A DNA stretch of 54,888 nucleotides from Patescibacteria group bacterium (GTDB lineage Bacteria; Patescibacteriota; WWE3; UBA101185; UBA10185), in the NCBI GenBank assembly GCA_032117075.1, contig JAUMAA010000008.1, forward strand, positions 1 through 54,888. Direction: 5' to 3'. Both the position numbers and the translations under genes were made by a program. Below are positions 47,499-54,888 of this stretch, in pieces; the stretch's first letter is position 1; every line of letters starts with the position of its first letter. Under the pieces are notes generated by a model that was not told where the DNA came from, did no database searches, and was given only the letters and a program-made list of their open reading frames with translations.

Positions 47499-48289
47499 TT
47501 CAAACTCCTGGGATTTAATTTCACAACACCATTAAATATAAAAAGAATCGATAGAAAGAAAGTTAGGTCGGCAATAGATCCGTTAGTTTGAAATTCAGAG
47601 CTAAATTCGAAAAGATTATCGCCTAAATATTGAAGTAGCAGACCTACCAAAATAAAATACAAAGCTGTTTTAAACTTTCCACCAATTTTCTTTCCAGAAA
47701 GTACAAGAATAGAGATAACAAAAGTCCATAGAATAATTGATCCAAGGATAAATAAAAGATTGAAATCAATATTTGTTAAAGAAGTAATTATTTCTTCGTT
47801 TCTAAATAGAGAGAAAAAGAAGATATTTACTGCAAAAATAAAAAAAGTAATTAAAAAAACCTTAATTTTTGTGCTCATTTCTTTAAAAGTATTTAAGCTT
47901 TTAGAAATAAAATAAATCCCTATTAAGTAAAGCGGATCTATAAGTACAAAAACATAGTCGTACATATTATCAAATTTTGAATCTAACGAACTAAGTAAAA
48001 ATAGTGTTTGTCCTATGCCCCAAGCAAATAAAGCAAGAGAGAGGAAAAATAAACTCTTACCAAGATAGCTCTTGAACATTTCCCACTCAAAAGATCTTAG
48101 TAAAGTAAAAAAAGAAGCAATAAATGCGAGTAAGGCAATCAGAATTCCAAAAATGAATCCGTTTGTTTCTTTAATATTTTCTGTTGTGTAAGATTGATAT
48201 AGTGCCCAGTAAAGAATTGTGAGTGAGGGCAGTAAGATGAATTTAGATTCAAGAAATTTTTCTAAAGAAGGGTAGATAGATTTAGTCAT
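47495..48289 (-). CDS. Integral membrane protein, 7-8 TM (possible sensor module)
   Basis: 264 aa, almost entirely hydrophobic helices. Overlaps speH-like gene end by 8 nt. Confidence 0.7.
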   Translation of the reverse strand: MTKSIYPSLEKFLESKFILLPSLTILYWALYQSYTTENIKETNGFIFGILIALLAFIASFFTLLRSFEWEMFKSYLGKSLFFLSLALFAWGIGQTLFLLSSLDSKFDNMYDYVFVLIDPLYLIGIYFISKSLNTFKEMSTKIKVFLITFFIFAVNIFFFSLFRNEEIITSLTNIDFNLLFILGSIILWTFVISILVLSGKKIGGKFKTALYFILVGLLLQYLGDNLFEFSSEFQTNGSIADLTFFLSILFIFNGVVKLNPRSLK

Positions 48290-48692
48290 AAATGTTATCT
48301 ACTGGATATTTCATTCCTCTCTTGAAGTGAAGTAAGTCTTTGTTTTGCGGTTTAAAAATAAAATCTAAGTATTCAACAATCTTTGATGTATTGAATTCTT
48401 TGCAGGAATATAAGTCAATTGTCACAAAACCCCTTTTAGCAAAAGTATGAATTGTAATATGAGATTCTTGAATGAATACAGCTCCTGTAAATCCTCCGGG
48501 ATCCTTTCCGCCTAAAACCATATTACCGTCAGATTTTATTATAAATGGTTCAGTAATTTTGTGCATTTCAGCGATGTTTACTAAGTTATTTAAAACCTCA
48601 TAACATGTTTCCATATTATTTAAGGAGCTTAAAGGACAACCATAGGCATCGTAAATTAAGTGTTCCCCAAAAATACTTGTTTTATTTTCCAT
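48282..48692 (-). CDS. speH: Pyruvoyl-dependent S-adenosylmethionine decarboxylase family proenzyme (small class 1 type)
   Basis: GEHLIYDAYGC and the self-cleavage/active-site block IQESHITIHTFAKRGFVTIDLYSC. Confidence 0.7.
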   Translation of the reverse strand: MENKTSIFGEHLIYDAYGCPLSSLNNMETCYEVLNNLVNIAEMHKITEPFIIKSDGNMVLGGKDPGGFTGAVFIQESHITIHTFAKRGFVTIDLYSCKEFNTSKIVEYLDFIFKPQNKDLLHFKRGMKYPVDNIYD

Positions 48693-48789
48693 AAGTACTA
48701 TTTAATAGTAACTTTGACCAAATGTAAATATGTTAAGTATTTGACATTTATAACTGGAAAAACTTGAAAAATTTGTTTAATATAAATTA

Positions 48790-49680
48790 ATGAAAGATCT
48801 TGAAAAAATTAAACATAGAAAAAAAATTAAACACCATTTTTTACCATGCCCTATAACAAAAAAAAGAGCAACTTTATTGCATCATAACTTTTTTTTATTT
48901 TATTCTGGAATTTTTTTATTTTTCTTACTTCTAATTAATGCTTCAAAAAGTTTAGCCCCAGGAGTGTTAGGTTATGCTTCAGACATAAAAGTTTCAGAAC
49001 TTCTAAAAAAAACCAATGAGTACCGTGTTAAAAATGGTAAGAAAGAATTGGTCTTAAATGAAAAATTATCAAAAGCTGCGATAGAAAAGGCTAAATTTAT
49101 GTTTCAGAAAAATTTTTGGGCACACACCTCTCCTGACGGTACCGAGCCTTGGTATTTTGTTTTAAATCAAGGTTACGACTATGCTTATGCTGGAGAAAAT
49201 TTAGCACGAAATTTTAACTCATCTAAAGAAGTTGTTAATGCTTGGGTAAACTCATCTTCTCACCGGGAGAATTTAATTTCAGATAATTATGATGAGATTG
49301 GTTTTGGAGTTGTTGATGGGGTACTGGATGGGTATGAGACAACTTTAGTTGTTCAGTTTTTTGGTAAGCCTAGAAACATGTCATCTGTTTCAACTATAGA
49401 AGATCAAGAAAGATATATTATGTCACTTAATGAGAAATCTAGCGATGCCAATATTTTATCAAATCAAGAAACAAATATTGTCTATGATGTTTCTTCAATT
49501 TTTAAATATCTAGCTTTTAGTATTATAGGGTTTGTAGCGGCACTTTTCTTTTTTGATATTTATTATTCTAAAAAACATAACATTGATAAATTTACTGGCC
49601 ATACTTCTGCTCACTTACTTATGATTTTTGCTGTTGTACTTAGTTTATTAGTTATTTTAAAGAATGGTCAGGTGATATGA
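48790..49680 (+). CDS. CAP/SCP (YkwD-like) domain protein with N- and C-terminal TM segments
   Basis: NEYRVKNGK..L..N..L..AA..KA; WAHTSPDG; YAGENLARNF; NAWVNSSSHRENL; IGFGV. Confidence 0.75.
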   Translation: MKDLEKIKHRKKIKHHFLPCPITKKRATLLHHNFFLFYSGIFLFFLLLINASKSLAPGVLGYASDIKVSELLKKTNEYRVKNGKKELVLNEKLSKAAIEKAKFMFQKNFWAHTSPDGTEPWYFVLNQGYDYAYAGENLARNFNSSKEVVNAWVNSSSHRENLISDNYDEIGFGVVDGVLDGYETTLVVQFFGKPRNMSSVSTIEDQERYIMSLNEKSSDANILSNQETNIVYDVSSIFKYLAFSIIGFVAALFFFDIYYSKKHNIDKFTGHTSAHLLMIFAVVLSLLVILKNGQVI

Positions 49681-49934
49681 GGAGTCAAAAAAAGCATCTT
49701 ATAGAGTACTCATTTATAGCTATTTACATTGTTGGATTTATCTATGCATATAGCAAATTCACCGGTAACTATGAAAGTAAATTAATCTTTTCGGTTTCCC
49801 TTCCCTTGTTTTACCTGCTTTGGTCAATAATGCACCACCATTTTGAAGGAAGGTTAAATAAGGCAATTTTTACTGAATATTTGTCAATTAGCATTTTTAT
49901 CTTTATAATACTATTTACTGCCTCCAATATCTGA
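49677..49934 (+). CDS. Small membrane protein (3 TM), hypothetical
   Basis: 85 aa. Start/stop overlaps with both neighbours. Confidence 0.5.
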   Translation: MRSQKKHLIEYSFIAIYIVGFIYAYSKFTGNYESKLIFSVSLPLFYLLWSIMHHHFEGRLNKAIFTEYLSISIFIFIILFTASNI

Positions 49935-51055
49935 TGAAAATAGTAGTCGTCATCCCTACTTACAACGAGAGGGATAATATACAAATCTTAATAAATGCCT
50001 TATTGCAGAAGTTTCTTCTTTTTCCTACTTATAACTTTAATATCCTAGTTGTAGACGGTAATTCAAAAGATGGGACCGCAGAAGTTGTTAAAGAACTTCA
50101 ACTAGAATCTAAAATTCTATTTTTGCTTGAAGAAAAATCAAAAAGTGGGTTAGGTAGTGCGTACCTTAAAGGCTTCGATTTTGCTATGAAAGAGCTTAAT
50201 GCTGATTATGTTGTAGAAATGGATGCAGACTTGCAGCATTCACCTGATGACTTTGTTAAATTAATTGCAGAAGTTAAGAATGATTTTGATTTAATTATTG
50301 GATCTAGATATGTGAAGGGCGGAAGTGTTCCTGAGGAATGGGCATTTTATAGAAAATTAATTTCTTATTTCGGAAGCATGTTTGCTCGAATTTTATTGAG
50401 AATCCCTAAGATTAAAGATTTCACCTCTGGATTTAAAGTAACTAAAGTAAAAGGTGTTCTAGATCAAGTTGATTTTTCAAAAATTAAATCAAAAGGCTTT
50501 GCCTATAAAATGGATTTTGTCATTATTTTTTCTGACATGAAAGTTAGATTTAAGGAAGTGCCAATTGCTTTTGGACTAAGGGACCGAGGAACTTCTAAAA
50601 TGGAAAAGACTAATTTCAAGGAATCTCTAAATTTAGTAATTAATTATTTCAAAGAGAGAAATAAAAACTTTTTAAAGTTTGTCATTGTAGGTTTTGGTGG
50701 ATTGTTTACAGACTTACTTATATTTAATATTTCTAATATTTTTGTAAGATCAGCAACTGCAAGTTTAATTTCCGGATCAGTTGCCATGTTATTTACATTT
50801 AGTATGAATAATTTTTGGTCATTTAGAGATAGAGAAAAGATTATTATAAGAATGTTAATTCCTACTTTTCTTTTTTATGTTATGAGCTCCTATGTACCTA
50901 TTTTATTAAGAAGTTACTTAATTCATGAGTTAGAAGTTGTTTATGGAGAGGGTTTCTTAATAAGTAATTTAGGTATGTTAATTGGAATTTGTTTTGGAAT
51001 TATTTGGAACTTTACTGTATATAGTAAAATTATATGGAAGAAAAAAAATGCCTAA
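49934..51055 (+). CDS. GT2 polyprenol-phosphate mannosyltransferase-like enzyme fused to a GtrA-like 4-TM domain
   Basis: VVIPTYNERDNI, VVDGNSKDGT, EMDADLQH. C-terminal FLKFVIVGFGGLFTDLLIFN and further helices. Confidence 0.85.
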   Translation: MKIVVVIPTYNERDNIQILINALLQKFLLFPTYNFNILVVDGNSKDGTAEVVKELQLESKILFLLEEKSKSGLGSAYLKGFDFAMKELNADYVVEMDADLQHSPDDFVKLIAEVKNDFDLIIGSRYVKGGSVPEEWAFYRKLISYFGSMFARILLRIPKIKDFTSGFKVTKVKGVLDQVDFSKIKSKGFAYKMDFVIIFSDMKVRFKEVPIAFGLRDRGTSKMEKTNFKESLNLVINYFKERNKNFLKFVIVGFGGLFTDLLIFNISNIFVRSATASLISGSVAMLFTFSMNNFWSFRDREKIIIRMLIPTFLFYVMSSYVPILLRSYLIHELEVVYGEGFLISNLGMLIGICFGIIWNFTVYSKIIWKKKNA

Positions 51056-51818
51056 GAAAAAATATGATTTTTCAATTGTAATACCTTGCTATAACGAAGA
51101 GGAAAGAATCCTTTCTACTTTAAATAAAATTGTTTCATTTATGAACTCATACAACCCTTCATATGAGGTTATTATTGTAGATGATGGTTCCAAAGACGGA
51201 ACAGTTAAATTAATCAATACTTACTTATCTACAAGAGATAATATTTTTTTGATAGAAAATCCACATAAAGGCAAAGGTTTCGCTGTTAGAACTGGTGTTT
51301 TGATGAGTGAAGGAAAATATGTATTAATGACTGATGCTGATTTGGCTACTCCAATTGAGGAGTTAAAAAGATTGTTAGTTTGGATTGAAGGGAATAACTA
51401 CGATTTTGTGATTGCTTCAAGAGAGGGGTTGGGGGCAAAAAGAAATGATGAGCCTTTTTTAAGACATTTAATGGGCAGAGTATTTAACTTATTAATCAAA
51501 CTCATAGTACATATTAATTTTAACGATACACAATGCGGGTTTAAATTGTTTAAAGGTGAGGAAGCCAGATTAGCCTTTAGTAGGTTAATCTTATTTGGCG
51601 ATGATGCTGAGATTATAAAATATCCAAAAGTAACTGCCTTTGATGTTGAAGTTTTGGTTGTAGCAAAAAGACTTGGGTTAAAAGTAAAGGAAGTCCCAGT
51701 AACATGGACTTATGTACCAACTAAAAGAGTTTCAGCGATTAGAGATTCTTTACTTATGTTGAATGAAATATTAAAAATTAGAGCCAATGATGTGCTCGGA
51801 AAGTATAAAAAAATTTAG
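51048..51818 (+). CDS. GT2 glycosyltransferase (polyprenol-phosphate glucosyltransferase-like)
   Basis: Starts at ATG 51048 (MPKKKYDFSIVIPCYNEE), overlapping the previous stop by 8 nt. IIVDDGSKDGT, TDADLATP. Confidence 0.85.
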   Translation: MPKKKYDFSIVIPCYNEEERILSTLNKIVSFMNSYNPSYEVIIVDDGSKDGTVKLINTYLSTRDNIFLIENPHKGKGFAVRTGVLMSEGKYVLMTDADLATPIEELKRLLVWIEGNNYDFVIASREGLGAKRNDEPFLRHLMGRVFNLLIKLIVHINFNDTQCGFKLFKGEEARLAFSRLILFGDDAEIIKYPKVTAFDVEVLVVAKRLGLKVKEVPVTWTYVPTKRVSAIRDSLLMLNEILKIRANDVLGKYKKI

Positions 51819-51829
51819 AAAGGATACTT

Positions 51830-53119
51830 ATGAAGATTTGCGTAATTGGTACAGGTTATGTTGGTCTAGTTGGATCAGCAGTTTTTTCTGATTGGGGACA
51901 TCAGGTTATTGGGGTTGATAATAATCCACAAAAATTAGAAATGATTCAAAAGGGAGAGATGCCTATCTACGAACCAGGTTTGAAAGACCTTGTTCTGAAA
52001 AATTTAAACTCTTGTAACTTAAAATTCACAAGTAGTATTGAAGAAGGTATTCAAGAAGCAGAGATTGTTTTTATTTGTGTTGGAACACCTATGGATTTGG
52101 ATGGTAGGGCAGAATTGAAGTATATCTATCAAGTTGCTGATGAGATTGCAAAATACATGAAGGATTCAAAAATTATATCTATAAAAAGTACCGTTCCTGT
52201 CGGAACTAATAGGAAAGTTAGGGATTATATTAAATCTAAAACTAATGTCGATTTTTATTCTGTATCCGTACCTGAATTTCTAAGAGAAGGATCCTCTATT
52301 GAAGATATGAATAAAACTGATAGGATTGTAATCGGATCTGATAATTTGGAAGCAATTGAAAAAGTAGCCAGTCTTTTTGCTCATCAAAATTCTCCCATAG
52401 TTAAATGTGACTTAGAGAGTTCTGAGTTAATTAAATATGCATCTAATTCTTTCTTAGCAACTAAAATCTCTTTTATTAACGAAATTTCTCAAATTTGTGA
52501 TTTGAGCGGTGCAAATGTTTCAAGAGTAGCGGAAGGTATGGGACTTGATTCAAGAATTGGACCAAAATTTTTAAATGCTTCGATTGGTTATGGCGGAAGC
52601 TGTTTCCCAAAAGATGTTCAAGCACTTTATAGAACATCAAGTGACTTAGGTTACTCATTTCAAATACTTGATAGTGTCATGAAGGCAAATAAAAATCAAA
52701 AATACACTTTTATTCAAAAAATAAAAAAGATATACGGTGAAAATCTATCAGGAAAAACTATTGCAGTTTGGGGATTAGCTTTTAAAAATGATACAGATGA
52801 TGTGAGGGAATCAGTAGCTATAGAGGTAGTTAGGATTCTTAGAGGTATGGGAGCTCAAATTAAAGCTTTTGATCCCGCAGCTCTAGAAACTGGAAAGCAA
52901 GTTTTAGGTGAATCTTCAATTACATACTGTAAAAATAAAGAAGAATGCTTAAGTGAATCTGATTTCTTGGTTATTCTTACTGAATGGAAGGAGTTTATAG
53001 TTACTAATGCTGAAAACCTTTCTTCATTGAAAGATAAAACTATCTTTGATGGAAGAAATTTACTTAACAGAGACTTAGTAACAAAAGCAGGTTTTAAATA
53101 CTACTGCATTGGAAAATAA
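51830..53119 (+). CDS. ugd: UDP-glucose 6-dehydrogenase
   Basis: Rossmann MKICVIGTGYVGLV and catalytic GGSCFPKD. Confidence 0.93.
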   Translation: MKICVIGTGYVGLVGSAVFSDWGHQVIGVDNNPQKLEMIQKGEMPIYEPGLKDLVLKNLNSCNLKFTSSIEEGIQEAEIVFICVGTPMDLDGRAELKYIYQVADEIAKYMKDSKIISIKSTVPVGTNRKVRDYIKSKTNVDFYSVSVPEFLREGSSIEDMNKTDRIVIGSDNLEAIEKVASLFAHQNSPIVKCDLESSELIKYASNSFLATKISFINEISQICDLSGANVSRVAEGMGLDSRIGPKFLNASIGYGGSCFPKDVQALYRTSSDLGYSFQILDSVMKANKNQKYTFIQKIKKIYGENLSGKTIAVWGLAFKNDTDDVRESVAIEVVRILRGMGAQIKAFDPAALETGKQVLGESSITYCKNKEECLSESDFLVILTEWKEFIVTNAENLSSLKDKTIFDGRNLLNRDLVTKAGFKYYCIGK

Positions 53120-54327
53120 TGAAAAAAATTCTGTATTTTATTCCAACCTTTTCCGTTTTAAGCGAGACTTTCATCCTAAGAGAAGTTCAGACTTTAATTG
53201 AATTAGGTAACTTAGATATCAGAATTTTATCTTTGAAAGAGGGGACTGCCTTAGTCCCCTCTCATATAAAAGAGAAGGTGACCTATTTTAGACCTAAATT
53301 TTTAGATGCCCTTTTTTCGATTCCATTTATTTTGCTTAATTTGAAAGGAATTTTTCGGGCAAGTTTAATTTCTTTAAAGGAAAGCGAGGGAGATTTAATT
53401 AAAAGTATTGGAATTTTTATCAAATCAGTATTTTATGCAAGATTTATAAGTAATTTAAAAGTTACTCATATCCACTCACATTTTGTTTCAGAGCCTTCTA
53501 CATTAATCATGTTTGTTTCTGAAATATTAAATATACCTTTTAGTATTTCTGGTCATGCTACAGATGTTTTTAGGGATCATAATATGGTTAAAGCTAAATC
53601 TAAAAGAGCTAAATTTATTGCATTATGCAATTCCCAAGCTTACCTCCAATTTATTAAACTATCAGGTGGTAAGGGGAAAAAGAATGTTGTCCTTTTGTAT
53701 CATGGAATTGACTACCTTAAATTTAAATTTAAAACTAGGGACTTTGATGCTAAAAAACGATTCTCTGTCTTAGCTGATGCAAGGTTTGTTGAGAAAAAAG
53801 GATTAAGTACTTTAGCTCAGGCAATTTGTGATTTAAATCAAATAATGGATGTAAATTTAACTATAATTAGTTTAGTTCAAAATCCAGATCAAGAAAATCA
53901 TATGAAATCAGTAAAACAGGTTTTTACTGAAGCTGGTTTTGAAAATAAACTTTCAATTCCAAATAATGGAAAGGGAGTTCAGTCTGATGAAGTTGTGAAA
54001 TTTTATTCTTCAGCAGATATTTTTGTTTATGCAGGAGTTGATACTGGAAAAGGTGATGTTGATGGGATACCAAATGCTTTGCTTCAAGCAGCTTTTTCAG
54101 GAATACCTGTGATTACAACACTTTCAGGAAGTATAAACGACCTTTTTGAAGAAAAAAACTCTTATATTATTAATCAGAACGACTACCACGACATTGTGAT
54201 GAAATTTCAAGAATTATTGAAAGATGAGAATAGGGTTGAAAAATCTGAGATACTTTATAAGCAAGCAACTAAGGAATTTAGTTTATTCTTGAATGTTAAA
54301 GAATTAGAAAGTTTACTTTTAAAATGA
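53119..54327 (+). CDS. GT4 (group 1) glycosyltransferase, WcaL-like
   Basis: 402 aa. N-terminal FIPTFSVLSETFILRE and C-terminal E-x7-E region GIPNALLQAAFSGIPVI. Confidence 0.8.
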   Translation: MKKILYFIPTFSVLSETFILREVQTLIELGNLDIRILSLKEGTALVPSHIKEKVTYFRPKFLDALFSIPFILLNLKGIFRASLISLKESEGDLIKSIGIFIKSVFYARFISNLKVTHIHSHFVSEPSTLIMFVSEILNIPFSISGHATDVFRDHNMVKAKSKRAKFIALCNSQAYLQFIKLSGGKGKKNVVLLYHGIDYLKFKFKTRDFDAKKRFSVLADARFVEKKGLSTLAQAICDLNQIMDVNLTIISLVQNPDQENHMKSVKQVFTEAGFENKLSIPNNGKGVQSDEVVKFYSSADIFVYAGVDTGKGDVDGIPNALLQAAFSGIPVITTLSGSINDLFEEKNSYIINQNDYHDIVMKFQELLKDENRVEKSEILYKQATKEFSLFLNVKELESLLLK

Positions 54328-54888
54328 AGAAAATAGCTATTATTACTAAAAATACAACTTTTAATAAATATTTTGGCGGTTTGGAAATTCATACTAAATC
54401 ACTAATAGATAGGTTGGCTGAGTCTGGTTTTGAAATTCATATTTTTGCACCTTTAAGAGAGTTAAAAAATGACACTATATCGGATGGAAATAAAAAATAC
54501 TTTTTTATAGATGCAGAATATAGGACTGGATTTTTTTCTGATTTCTTTTCTAACAATTGGTTTCATGGGTTACTCAATTTTTTTAATAAAAAGCATTTAG
54601 AAAATAATTATGAATTGGTAATTTCCGTTTCATCTGCTGCATATCCTATACTAAGTAAAAAGAGAGACTATAATTTTAAAATTTTGACAATATCTCATGG
54701 AAGTGCTCTATCTGAGTTTAGTTCAATTTTTAATGAATCTGGTATTAGCTTTTCACTATTTAGGAATTTACCTTATGTTTTGTATAATTATTTTTGGAAG
54801 CAAAAAAATTTTATAAATTCATCTGATTTGATTATTACTGTTTCAAATTTTGTAAGAAATAGTCTTATTAATGAGACAGGCGTAGATG
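54324..54888 (+). CDS. Glycosyltransferase (GT4-like N-terminal domain), 3' truncated by the window edge
   Basis: Not in the track. Hand translation from ATG 54324 (ATGA overlap) gives MKKIAIITKNTTFNKYFGGLEIHTKSLIDRLAESGFEIHIF.. and is open to the end of the window (188 codons). Confidence 0.65.
   Translation, partial: MKKIAIITKNTTFNKYFGGLEIHTKSLIDRLAESGFEIHIFAPLRELKNDTISDGNKKYFFIDAEYRTGFFSDFFSNNWFHGLLNFFNKKHLENNYELVISVSSAAYPILSKKRDYNFKILTISHGSALSEFSSIFNESGISFSLFRNLPYVLYNYFWKQKNFINSSDLIITVSNFVRNSLINETGVD

Noticed and set aside
30516-53773. Other nested ORFs (30516-30749, 33012-33350, 41404-41646, 52476-52658, 53555-53773)
   Set aside because: They are embedded in, or antisense to, longer ORFs that have clear family motifs (TasA-like gene, DUF3048/wHTH junction, recA start, ugd, GT4). 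I see no supporting signals.
1-54888. Search for tRNA, rRNA, tmRNA/RNase P-like structured RNAs, transposases, integrases, and an alternative genetic code
   Set aside because: All intergenic gaps are 240 nt or shorter and AT-rich, apart from the listed hairpins. None shows a cloverleaf-like GC pattern. No ORF resembles a transposase or integrase. TGA clearly functions as a stop and RF2 is encoded.

Overview
This is an AT-rich, very gene-dense 54.9-kb chromosomal segment. I call 72 protein genes; most gaps are 0-30 nt or the genes overlap. The content fits a small-genome bacterium of the Candidate Phyla Radiation/Patescibacteria type: there is no L30 gene between rpsE and rplO, L3 is only 144 aa, and S14 is the 61-aa zinc type. 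The standard genetic code applies, because TGA is used as a stop and RF2 is present.

Layout:
- 2-700: 3' part of a Thr-rich surface protein.
- 807-3089: ABC-2 exporter pair and signal peptidase I.
- 3186-29644: one uninterrupted 26.5-kb, 43-gene plus-strand block, rpoB-rpoC-rpsL-rpsG-fusA-tuf-S10/spc/alpha operons-rplQ-rplM-rpsI.
- 29769-30798: a 4 x 21-bp tandem array, an XRE regulator and a TasA/camelysin-like secreted protein.
- 30825-38672: prfB, then a DUF3048/wHTH/secD/secF/recJ/DD-carboxypeptidase operon.
- 38680-45986: an orphan membrane-anchored protein, then gltX, recA, recX, rny, ymdB and hup.
- 46111-48692 (minus strand): AdoMetDC-like decarboxylase, multi-TM protein, 81-aa protein and PAS histidine kinase.
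- 48790-54888: CAP-domain protein plus an envelope-glycan cluster (GT2-GtrA, GT2, ugd, two GT4).

I recognised no rRNA, tRNA, CRISPR array, transposase, integrase or prophage genes.

I do not see an unambiguous complete new multi-gene system. The best follow-up candidates are the iteron-like repeat/XRE/TasA-like locus, the split sensor-kinase operon led by a pyruvoyl decarboxylase, the (T-X)n/two-Cys-domain surface protein, and a recurrent leaderless-promoter geometry. All calls come from reading the translations and the DNA by eye. No searches were run.
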